Part shown: piece after piece, positions 1-12,200 of the stretch
Layout: each line of letters starts with the position of its first letter
Numbering within the stretch: position 1 is the stretch's first letter
Assembly (NCBI GenBank): GCA_015680685.1
Contig: MNCI01002098.1
Span: 776,396 to 840,395, forward strand
From: Gnetum montanum
Taxonomy: Eukaryota; Plantae; Gnetophyta
Direction: 5' to 3'
DNA length: 64,000 bases
Notes under the pieces: generated by a model
What the model was told of the DNA's origin: nothing
Databases searched by the model: none
Seen by the model: the letters and a program-made list of their open reading frames with translations, nothing else
Position numbers and translations under genes: made by a program

Positions 1-879
1 TGCCACCTATGAACTTCATATGGTTCCAGAAAGGGGGAATGATCACATGGAACCTTGGGTGGTCCCAAGGATGAGATACATGACATGTGGCATTAGAGGA
101 TTCAAATTTGACATCACTTTAACTTTTCTTTACTTCTTTTCTTTAAATGTAAAATTATATCATATGACACATTACATGAAGACATGGACCCACTTACATG
201 ACTATTGTTGCAACAATAAGCCATTTTCATAGAGTAATTTTAAATTATGATGATAGAATCAATTCCTTTCATGTTACCATTAAAAGAAGGAAAGCCATAT
301 ATAGAAGTAAAATATTCAAAGAAAATATTTACAAAAATAAGATTATTTTAAGCTCAAAACCTTCTCTTGAGATTGTGATCTATGGTAATATTTTAGCCAT
401 TAATGAAGTAGAGGTTAACTTTTACTTTAGATCTTACTAAAAGAATGAGCTAGGGTTTCATGCATCATATTTTTTTATAAGACAAGTCCCAAACGAGACA
501 TTTTGAAAAAATCTTAACAAAGATACAATGCAATTTTAAATGATCAAAATTTATGAGATAAAAACAAATCCTCTTAAATTTTCATGATTTGTTGTTCATA
601 AAATTAAAGAGTTAGGGTTCTCAAATTAAGTAAGGCATTATGTAGATTAACTAACTTATGCAACAAGAAGAGAGCTTATTGGCCAATGGCATATTTTCCT
701 ATATATAACCTAAATCAAGCTCATCAAAGAATAGAATCATAAAGCTTATAAATTTGTTTCATTATAATAGGCAATGGAAAAAATAGTTGAGCACTAAGGG
801 AAACCCTTATTTCAAGAAAAGGGGCTCAACTTAAATCCAAAAAGGGTTAAAGTATGTTAACACATCAACTCGTATAGAA

Positions 880-3480
880 GGACATTGGTTCTACAAAGAG
901 TGTGGAAAATTGATATGGAAAATTAGCTCTACTAAGGTAGGAAGGTTGCAAGCTTGGAAAATGGCTCTATTTAAAGATATGATTAATGACCCTATGACAT
1001 CAAATTTAGCCTATGATAAAGGATTCATAAGGCCAAAAAGTAGTTTTACAAAATGACTCTACAAGAAAAAACCATTTTTGATTTTTCCATGTTAGCTCAT
1101 AAAACTAGGTTATAAAGCAAAATCCTATTCTACAAAAATGTTTTGCATAAAGAAAAGTTCATAGAACAAATGGTTTTCACATAAATGACTCTACAAAATT
1201 TTGTGTAGAATAGGACTTTTCTTTATGAACTAGTTTTATGAGTTGAGATGGGAAAATTAGCTCTGCCATGTCCACATTTTTGAAGAGTAAGTTCGTAGAA
1301 CAAACATCACCTCTACAAAGTGATTCTGTGAACCACATCATCATCTACTATGTAAGCTTCAAAGAGAGAGCATCTTTTGTAAAGCTAAAATACTATTCTA
1401 TAGGCAACCTCAGAAATGGTTCTACCATGTTGGCTTTCATTGTGTGGCATTACATTCATAGAGTTAAAACATGGTTCTATAAAGAATCTTTGCCATGTAA
1501 GCTTCCTAGGTAGTGTGTGTTTGTAGAACTAAAATATGGATATACTAAGCGAAGAAAAAATGGTTCTACAAGCCATGTCAGCTAAGCGAATCTACCTCAC
1601 CTTGTTAGCATAAAGAGAAAGCTCATTAAACCAAAAATTAGCTCTACAAAATTACTATTCCAAATAGGCTTTGTCTTATGATAGATAGCTTATGGAGCAA
1701 ATAAGAGATTCTACAAGCCACATCACCATTCGTTAATGGATGTGAAAAAATATCATACATGGAACAAAAATTTAGCTTCATAGAAAGTTTTCAAACTCAT
1801 TCTACCATGTTAGCTTTTGAAAAGCCAACTTTTTTGTAGAACTAAGAAAACTGGTTTTAGAAAGCATCTTTAAAGTAATCTTGTCATGTCAACTTTTATG
1901 AAAATTAGGTTTGTAGAACCAAAAAGTGATTCTATGAAGTGGCTCTAAGAATAAAGAACTAAATAGTGGCATAAAACACTCATTTTCACTTTTTCCACAT
2001 GAGCTATTTAGTAAGGTGGATTTATAGAACCAAGATGCAATTCTACAAATAAAAGCTAGAATTATACTATGAGCTACCTCATCATTTGCCCATGTTAGCA
2101 TGTAAAGAAAGCTTGTACAACCAAGAATTAGCCTTACAAGATGGTTTTACTTAGATTATATTTTCAGCATCTAAGTAAAAGAAAAAAGAAGAATTAGTTT
2201 TGTATGTAAATATCATATGACATGTGGATTTCATTTGTGAAAGGTTTGTAGATTGAAAAACTAGCTATACAAGTAAAGTTGAAAATAATTCTATGTAGCC
2301 AAGTAGGAATTTTTGGGTTAAGCCTTTCGTAGAGCCAAAATATAGTTCTACAAAATAGCTCTCAAAAATGGCTCTACCACATTAGCTTTAGCTTATTGTA
2401 GAGGATTTGTAGAGCTATAAAGTAGTTCTACAAAATGGCTCTTTAAGAAGAACCCTTTTTGGTTCTACTACATTATGTTTATTAATGTGACAAAGACTTG
2501 TAGAATTAAAAAAGTATTTCGGTAAAATTCACTTTTCCATTTTTTCTTGCAAGAGAAGGTTTGTAGAGCTTTAAAGTGATTCCATAAAGAATCCATACCA
2601 GATAAGTTTCCTAGTTAGTGCATGTTCATAGAACCAAAATATGGATTTACTAAGCAAAGAATTTTTTTTTCTACAAGCCATGTTAGTTGAACAGATCTTC
2701 ATCTACCATGTTAGCTTTTAATAAATGAGCATAATTTGTAGAACTAAAATCTTTCTTTGCATAAAAAGATTATCTATGGTTCCACCATGTAAGCGTTAGA
2801 GGTAAAGATGTTTTTCGTAAAGTTTAAAAATCAGAACTAAAAAATGATCCATAGCCATAAGATATTAGAAGATTTGAAGAGGCATTATGTCTTCATAGCC
2901 ACATCACTAGTAAAATACATGGAGAGTTTTGTTCATAAAACCAAGAAGTGGTTCTACAAGAAACTCATCTTTTAACTCTTTCATGTCAACTTTGAAAGGA
3001 CTCATGAAAAATATTGAAGAGGCCATAACACATAAGCTATTCAATAAAGAAGGTTCATAGAACTAAACTTCAACTATATGAAGAATCCATTTTTAAGTTT
3101 TTCCATGTTGGTTCCTTTCATAAGGCATTTTCATGAAACCAAAAATTAGTTTTACAAGTAAGATCCATATTGGTTTTATAAGTCATGTAAACACTAAATC
3201 CCAAGCATGAAGTTCATAATATATAATTTTACACATGATATTTTTAAACTTTAATTTAGCTTAGGAAATTTTAAAAGGAGATCTACAGCCACGTAAGCCC
3301 AAGATGAAAGAAAATTGATAGAATTAAAAAGTGACTCTATGCATTAGCTTCATAATTCATCCTTCATCAGCTCCTTTGGAGAGAAATTTTATAAAGTGAG
3401 GAAACTATTCTACAAAAAAGCCCTAAATTAATTCTATAAGCCTCATTTTAAGTTAGCTCTATGAATAAAGGCTCCACAAG
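880..3480. repeat. Degenerate array of short motifs (ttctacaa / ttgtagaa / ccatgttagc) in both orientations
   Basis: Dozens of recurrences of ggttctaca, tgtagaac and ccatg(t/c)(t/c)agc across about 2.6 kb. Confidence 0.75.
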
Positions 3481-4149
3481 TTGACAATAGAATGAATATT
3501 GAATATTTAAGCCTTAAATGAGGTAGCTCAAAACAATTAAAGCTTGAGACAAATGTCAAATGACAAAATGAATAGTTTTTCCCAAGTGAGTAAATTTAAG
3601 AATAGAGCTTTGGGTATTAATACAAAGGATTTCAATAGATTTTGAATACAAAACCATTAGCAGATAGAGCTTAGAGTTGAAACAAAATTGTAAACGAAGC
3701 AGAGCTAATATTGAAGTAAAGGGAGATATCTCTGAAGTCTCTATTTTCTACATTCAAACAACCATGTATCACAAGGAGAAAGAGAAGCACCCCAAAAGTT
3801 TCAAGATATGGACATTTATGTTTTCTCTAAATATTTGTAGAAATTTAATTTGACTATTTACCAATTCTAGTAGTGGATTAACATCATTTAGATTAAATTA
3901 AATGCAAAAGAGAGAAACCTTTTCAGTTTTAATGAAGACCACAAATTAGTGGAAAAGGTAGGGCTAAAAGTGGCTAAAATAATGAAATATTCGTAAGATA
4001 TTTGCAAAAAGATAGGCCATCAAAAGCTAGGTTTCAAGCCAAGATCAAACATTATTAGGGATGTCCTGAACTAGCTAATTGGAAATTATATATGAAAGGG
4101 ATAAGCTTTGTTTTATGGGAAATATAAAGAGATATATTGACATCAAATT

Positions 4150-6550
4150 TACGAAGGCCTACAAACTCTATGGCCTCATAGAAGTAGACATTCTAGAGGT
4201 AAAAGCTTGGTAATATAATGAAGATGTACTCAGTAGAAAATTTTGGGCTCACCCTAATACTAGAAAGAGTATTAAGCTTTCCTTGGCTAATTTGGTAAAA
4301 GCTTAGGGATATTAGAATGTCATCTTGAAGGATTAAAAACATAGGTTCCCACATAGGATTTCTATTTTAGCATTAAATTTATTTTATCTAAGAAATAAAT
4401 TCAATTTTAGATTTTCATGTTTGGACCTAGGTAGCCCTAAAAATAAAAGGCATTTCTTCTTATTATAGTATATGAATGGTATGCTATAAGATAGTATAGC
4501 TAAAGTTCATAAATAGGGGACTCAAGTTTGAGTTCACTTGTAATGGATTATTTGCTAAGAAAATTTCCTAAGCCAAAAAGAGTAGCATTGATTTTTGTTG
4601 GTTATGCTTCACAGAGAAGAGCCTATCTTAAAGACCAATGCTATGATTTCTTCTTACTTATTTACTAGACAAGCTATTTCAAATCTTAAACTTTAGAATT
4701 TTTTATGAATTTTACCTACTCCTATTTGATTAAATTCATTTTATGAGTCTTCCCACTAAGAGTTGATCAACAAGTTATTAATGAGGAAAAAAGGGAAATG
4801 CAACAGAGCAGTTTTATTGCATGCTAGATACACCTAGATTCTGATAGCCGCTTTTGAGGGAAAAGCTTTCAAACTTCCTAGATTTTTGGCCCTTTATTTA
4901 GCACTACAAAAGCTAGGAGATAAATGGAGGAAAGTCCCTTAAGACATAACTACAATCACATATAGGTATTTGCTATAAAGTTCGATTTTTGGGAATTTAA
5001 CAATATGGGACATATCAAGGAAATCATGAGATAAGGAGCAATGTGATTTTTCAGAAGCTTCAAAGAGGATATATTCAACCACAAGGACAAGAAAGGTTCA
5101 TCAAGTTGATGAAATAGATGTAGTATATATAAGAGTTACTAACAAAGAAGTAAATCAAGCCAAGGATCAAGCTTCAAAACAACTCAAAAGAAGCTTGTTA
5201 GCAAAAATCTCATCCTTCACCTACGATCAACCAAAGGTTGTAGTATGTAGATGAATGGATAGAAAGGTTCATCCTTTGGCAAGATATTTTTCCAATGAAC
5301 ATTTGGCATTATTATAGAAAAAATATTTTTCTTGGAAGTTGTTAAACCTAGAAGAATCTATGCTTGATGAAAGGTTCTTACTTAGTGAAACAGAATATGC
5401 GAGGATTAAGGTAGCTAGAAAAGAAAGAATTAGGATGAGTGAAAAGTTATAGAAACAGAAGCTATAGGAAAAAAGTTAAAAGTGCAGCAATAAGAAAAAA
5501 TTATGGAATAAAAAAACATAATGAAGCTATAAAAACAACAAGAGCAACAACAAAAATAGAAGAAGGGCAAACCGTCACTTTCCTATCAAGATGTCTGATG
5601 AAAGAAGTAGCTCAAGTTTTTAAGATTAAAGAAAAAGAAGGTTGCATCATCTTCTAGTATAATGAAGATGATCAACAAATGGAAAAATATAATCTCGTAA
5701 TTTCTCATCAAGATATGTTTGACTCCATAGCTATATTGATCAAGGACATGGAACAAATAGCCAATAGCTAGATAGCAAAGCTCAAGGAATTCTTCTTGTA
5801 GAATGAACATGAAGTGTCAAAATTACAAGAAGTCAAGTGGCTAAAAGGAGAAAGTAAGAATTTGATATTAAGGATCACTATCAAAGAATCACTAGAAAAT
5901 AAGGATTATAAAAATAAGCAGCTAGAGGATAGATTGGTTTTCATGAGCTCAAAATTAGAATAAGCCAAAAAGGAAAAGGCTCCAGATTATTCTCATCTTA
6001 CTTTATCAAGCTTCAAGGAGGTAATTACTAAGATAGAATATGATAAGTAATGAATGAGAGAGAGAGAGGGAAGGAAATCATGAATGTGAGAGAAAAACAA
6101 GTCATGTTTGCACAAATTGAAGGAAGGATTCATGAATTATATGAGATGGCCATGACCAAAAAAGAGGAGTTGTCCCAATACAAGCAAGGTTTCCTTGATA
6201 TTTTGATGATGTTAGTTATAGGAATCATGTGTGAAATGGTCAAAAAGAAGTTAGAGTATGAACAAGCTTGTACTGGTGTAGGGACTACCTTGATGAAAAT
6301 AAATAACTCAATAATAGAGTTAGGATTGGGGAAGATTGGTGTTGAAGAAGTTATTTAGAAGCTTGATAGCACTGAGATCAATTCAATAAATTAAGCTATC
6401 AAGATTCTTATTAATCATTGGAAACTATCCCAATAGCTAGTAATAAAAGGACTCAAAGTTCAATGAATGAAGAAGATATACCAAGAAATTGAGGAGTTAG
6501 CTAATGGATTGTAGTTATATGAAGAAAATGCAAGGAGATTGTAACCTTAA
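4150..6550 (+). pseudogene. Decayed retroelement accessory-type ORF with a charged/coiled-coil C-terminal part
   Basis: Frame fragments such as YKLYGLIEVDILEVKAW*YNEDVLSRKFWAHPNTRKSIKLSLANLVKA*G, plus E/K-rich ORFs 5439-5657 and 6050-6358. Many TAA/TAG stops. Confidence 0.4.
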
Positions 6551-7569
6551 ATTCTATAACTATTATAACTACCTAAAGCTAATATAAAAAGCTCAGAGCA
6601 AATTGGTAATGGGAAACTTGGGGAAGGGAGGAGGAACTTTTTAGGGCAAAAAGAAAGAAAAGCTTGTAAAGACTATTTCTAATTGAGTTTTAAATAGTTT
6701 CCATTATCTCTTTTAGCTTTTATCTCTTAGCATTCTTGTTTTAATATCTTTCCTATTATGTGTAGCTTAATATTAGATGGATACATAAGAATGATTGTTA
6801 ATTTTGGAATAGGCTATATTCTCTGATTAACTAAGGTTTAGCTTGTTTTTTCTATACTGATTAAATGGGATACTTTTACAAGTGCTAGTTCTTAATCAAT
6901 TTAGCATAGAAGTAATGAGATCTTCAAAAAATTCTGAGGTTTATGAATAATCATTTTCCTTAATTTCCTACTTTTTTTAGCAAATATTTTATCATTTTTC
7001 TTTAGAAAGTTAACTAGAAAATTGTTCAGAGTTGGAGATCAACATCTTTCATAAAACCTTTCATTCATTTATGTATGTGACATGCAATATTTAAGACTAG
7101 GCTTATGGGGAATGTTATTCATTTTATTTAGTTTAGCTAAGAGAAAGCTAGAAGAGGTAATACAATTATACTAAATATAACCTTTGAATATACTCTATAT
7201 TTTAGATTTCTTAATAGATTATCATTGAGAAATCTTTTTACTTTCATAAATACTTAACCAAATTAGCGTAGTTTTACCAACAAAGGCTATTTGAGGGTAT
7301 CTGTGCCTTGGCAGTATCAAAGACTAGAAACTGCCAAAAATAAATTTGATTAAAAAGTTGTTCCTTGTGGTAGGAATTGTTCCCAATCCTACCACAATAA
7401 TGACTTAACAACATGAAAAAAATATTACTCTTAAAATGATATGGAAAATATAATTGACATAAGGAAAGCATACCTTAGACTACAAATATTGTCAGAATTA
7501 AGGATGCATAGAAAACATCACTTACTTAAATGATATGGTCATCATGAAGAGTAAGGGTATATTCTCCAA

Positions 7570-7845
7570 CTTTCTCAATTTGAATGAAAGAGATCTATTA
7601 TAATTGTGTCTTACATTGGGATTAGTTGTTGTGTGGCTATACAACCTCATTCTCTACAATAATGCTAATGGTGTAAGTGATTTGTGATGTTTGTGGAATG
7701 TGGAACAACTATAATTGTAATCAACTTTGAATTAATTAAAGATAGATAGTTTTCTTATTTTCTAGCAAATAAATTATCTTCATCTATTCTCAATTCATAT
7801 GTGTTCAAAGGATTAAAGAAAAATGGGATGATCATGTTCTTTGCT
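7570..7845 (+). mobile_element. Fragment of the 3' half of the chromovirus-family LTR
   Basis: Aligns with ~9870-10085 and ~14500-14755 (e.g. aattaaagata...ttttctagcaaataaattatctt). Confidence 0.7.
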
Positions 7846-9229
7846 CCTAGAGATATCCCAGCCAAACCACAACTCATGATCCTAGACCATGAGTATACCA
7901 CGAGCCATGGTCTATAATACTGCAAGTAAAACACCACTCATAATCTTAGTCATGGCTGATTTTTCAAGTAATTTTTGTGCTGAGAAAAAAGAAATCTTAT
8001 TCTACTACCACCTCCAACTTTTGGTATTTGAGATTATTTTTAAGGTCAAAGGATTTCAAAAGAAGTGCCCAAGTGCTTCATCATCTTTGATGGAAAAAAT
8101 ATTTCACCTATTAGAGCATGTTGATGAGGAGCTTGTTTAAGCTTATTGAATGCCTAAAACTATTTGATAATTTCTTCAATGAGGTTGATATCTCTTTCAT
8201 CTTCCAAGATCATGTGATGAAGCAAAATAAAAATAAGAAGAAGAATGTATTAGCCAAGATGATCAAGTATAGCTCTTTGGGTAAGAGCATTAGGGCTAAG
8301 ATAATCAACAAGGGAGATGCTAAGACCTATTGGGACACACGTGTGTAAGAATATCATGGGGTAAGTGAGCTAATGTAATTGAAGTAATTGAAGATAAAGA
8401 TTTAATTTGAGAATGTGTACATGATAGGAGGTAAGTCCCTTAATTCCTTTTTTGAGAGAATGTACAATATCACTAGGGACTTAGATGCATTTTAAGTTGG
8501 TTATAGTGAAGAAAAAAGAGTTCAAAATATCATCCAAATCCTCTTCAATCATTCCAAATACAAGCATACTATTTTGATCCTCATTATCATAAGAAATCTC
8601 AAAATCCTAACCATTGATGAGCTTCTCTTTCATATGAGAGCCCATGATGAGCTAAAGTACACAAACAAAAAAAAGAAAAAAAAAGACAAACCAAGCCTTC
8701 TACTCTTATGAACCCCAAAGAGGAAGAGGAGGCAAGAGAATAAGCAAAGAAAGATGGGGACAAAATAAGTTTCAAAGTCACCAACATCCCAATAAAATTA
8801 GTTTGTAAATAACTCTTCCTAAAGAAAAGGAAAAGGAAGAGGCTTTTAAAGAGGTGGAAGAGTAGCATCTCAATAAGGAAAAAGTCAAGAATAAAATCAA
8901 AATCAAAGAAGGCAAGTGATATCCTAGGTGTAAGAAGTATGGAAACCTTAAGGAGCATTGTTAGTAAAACATAGGCTTTCTAACCCTTTCTCTTAACAAA
9001 GACACACTAAAAGTACAAGATGATTATGCTTTCATTAGTAACACATTAGTCCATGAAAAATGCAAGCAAGTTGATGGAGGCAAAGCAAGTTATTCATCCT
9101 CCATTAAAATTGGAGTTGGAAAATAAACCCTCACTCTTCATGATGACCATATCATTCAAGTAAGTGATGTTTTTTATGTGCCCTTAATTTAGTTTCATTA
9201 CTTTTAATAAGGAAAATATTATCACTAGG

Positions 9230-12200
9230 TGTAGGAACAGTTATTCTAAGCCCCTTTTTCATACCTATAGGTGGTTAAATACAAGTTTTGGGAAATTAGA
9301 AATATGTCTTGAAGATGAGAGATGTTTGGAGCAAGAGCTAAGATGTCATTAGAGACATCTACAATGGTTGGGAGACATCTTGTTTACAAAGGATAAATTC
9401 TTCATGCTAGAGATATCTCTAGGGAGATGTCTCTCCTAGGTAGGAGATGTCTTGCCTTAGAAGAAGAGGTCTCATCCCAATAGGATATGCCTTTCCTTGC
9501 CAAGAGACACCTCATTTGAGAGCTTGAGTTATAAAGAGACATATTGTTAAGCATGTAGATGTCCTATACAACTAAGGAAAGATTTTAGTTAGTAGTTCCA
9601 AGTTAGAAAATAGCCAAAAAATAGATGAAAACAATGATGAAAATAGTTGAGAATCCTGAAGTTGGTCATGGGGAAAGTTTTCCTAGGGTTCTTATCTTAA
9701 ATTTCATAAATATTGGTTTTTGTTTTCATGTTTTTTCATGAGATGAGATGAGTGTTGACCATCTAAGAGTTGGAAGAGAGATTTCATGAGTGTGTGTGCA
9801 CCTCTTTGGTCAATTATATGCGTTTGACCATTGTAGCTCTTTATAGGTGTTGGATCTTAGTCCTATGTTATGAAAATGATCTAGTGTGATTATGCCTTAT
9901 ATTGAGGTCAATATTTGTGTGGTTTTAGAGCCTCATCCTTTGCAATATCATTGAGGGTGTGAGTGATTTATGATGCTTATGCGATGTGGAATAACTATAA
10001 TTGTAATTTTCTTTGGGTTAATTAAAGATAGTTTCCTTATTTTCTAGCAAATAAATTATCTTTATACATTTTAGATTCGGTGTGACCTTGCTCCAATGAT
10101 TAGTTTTAGAGAGATAGGTTGATTATTCTTTGGAATTTGGTTGAGGTATTTTTATATCAATTTCATATAACTCCTAAGAAGAAATAGGTTCAAGTTCTAA
10201 ATAGAGACATGAAGACAATGGAATATGCCTCTCAATTTATGGTTGCATGATTAGATAGGGTTAGGACCAAGGTACATAGAAATGTAGGTCCCAGCCATAT
10301 TTAGACTCATGGTGATGATGAGCATTCATGTTCAAATGATGACAAAGAAGTTTCTCAACCTAGTGGAGGGAGATTATATGAGAAGGAAACAAATTCCAAC
10401 TATGCGAGTGTGGGAATCTAGAAACCTAGGATTATAGTGGGAGAATATCCAAATCTATGTCACAATCACAAGATTTCCATCACCTACATCTACTTCTTCT
10501 CACGACAAGCTTGATATTAAAGATGAAGCAAGGCTTGCTAGAGCATTCTAAAATGTTGCTAAAATCCCATATGTGGTATTGAATACTTTTAATAGTGTAG
10601 ATAACACCAATGCTTTTGCAAGTTGGCTGAAGGTACCTAACAAGCATTTTGAATTGGAAGAAGTACCAAATCAATTAAGGGTATGTATTGTTGAATCCAA
10701 ATTCAAAGGTATGACTTTTACTTGGTGGAAAAATGAGTCCTAAAGCTATGAGAGGAAAAATTTTCAACCTATTAAAGATTAGAATCTAATGAAATATATG
10801 TTTAGAAGAAAATTTGAACAGTCTCAAAAGAGGCAAAAGACAATCATGAAATTGAAATTCCTTTGACAAAATGACAAACATGTTAAGGAGTTTTACATCA
10901 AAGTTTATGAACTATTCCATCAATCTTATATAAACTAGGAGCAATATGAATAAGCTTCAATCTTTCTTGGAGGTCTCAAAATGTTGTATCAATAGGAGTT
11001 GTTATTCTATAAATCACAAACTCTTGATGAGGCTTATGATTTGCACTCAAGTCAAAAAAGAAACTCAATGAATTTGGAAATAGGAGGCCAACAAGCTCAT
11101 AAGGGGAAGGATATGGGATCCAAATTAGTGAAGGGATCCAAGTCAAGATTTAAAGATAGGATGACAACCATGATAAGAAGCAAGATGAGAGTGATGAGAA
11201 GGAAAAAGCAAAGAAGGACCAAGGTAAGAGAGGCAAGGATCAAGATAGCAACTCATCCAAGATTTTGAGCTTTAAATGTGAAAAATGGGGATACAAGCAA
11301 TGGAAATGTCCACTTCACAAGAAAACCAAGGGTAAGGATGTACAAACCATGAAAGTAGAGGAGACATCCAACCAAGCTCTACAGAGAGGTAATCCTAATG
11401 GTCCTAAAATTGGGGAAGTTTATGAATTCAATTCTTATGCATTTATGAGAAATTTAAATAGAGGAGATTATCCAACAATAAAATTATTATTTTGGATTGG
11501 GCCTAAATATTTGCTTACTGGGGAATGAATTTATATTTTTGTTGATGGGGGAGCCCAAGAAAATTTTATTTCTTCTAGGATATTTACTAGATTGGGTTTA
11601 GTGAGAAAACCTCATACTAGGTCCTACAAGGTACATTGGTTTTTAAGAGACTTGTCTAAAGAGATAAGACAGTAATGTGTCTGGAAATTTAAAATCGGGA
11701 GTTACCATGATGTTTGAAATGTGATGTACTACTAATTGGTTGTGTTGATGTAATTATTGGAAGGTCTTGGAATTTGATAATGGTGCTTAATTTGATGAAT
11801 CAAGAAATGTATTGAGTGTAGCAAGACCTAATGGAATTCATGAGTTGATCCTTATGATAGCTAAAGAAGTAAGGTAATAAAGCTCACCTAATGCTTTCTT
11901 AATTCTTCTTGAAGAGAGGGAATACATTATGGAAGATGATGAAGATAGTTTTAATTTTGTGTTTGTATCAAATATTACTTCTAACCATGATGTTGTATAC
12001 GTAGAACTTCCAATAGGTGTGTTAGTCTTGTAGGAGCAATTTTCTAGGGTGTTTAAAAGGGAATTAGATGAATGACCACTAATGAGAAATGTAAAACACC
12101 AAATTGACTTCATCCTTGATACTACCATTCCAAATGAGAGAGCATACCAAATGGCACCAAATTAGTAGGGAAAAATACAAAGGCAAGTGAAGGAGTTACT

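Larger units (their letters stand above)
203..7399 (+). mobile_element. Unclassified 7.2-kb insertion with 5-bp TSD, a motif array and a decayed accessory-type ORF
   Basis: ATGAC at 198-202 and 7400-7404. The empty site is visible at 16860-16870 (atgacttaaca). Termini are tattgt...acaata. No gag/RT/INT motifs and no LTR pair were seen. Confidence 0.65.
1..7494. mobile_element. LTR fragment (1-202 joined to 7400-7494) split by a 7.2-kb insertion; same family as ~15965-16956
   Basis: 1-202 aligns with ~16650-16864 and 7400-7494 aligns with ~16860-16956. Both copies end in aaatatt(g/t)tca. Confidence 0.65.
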
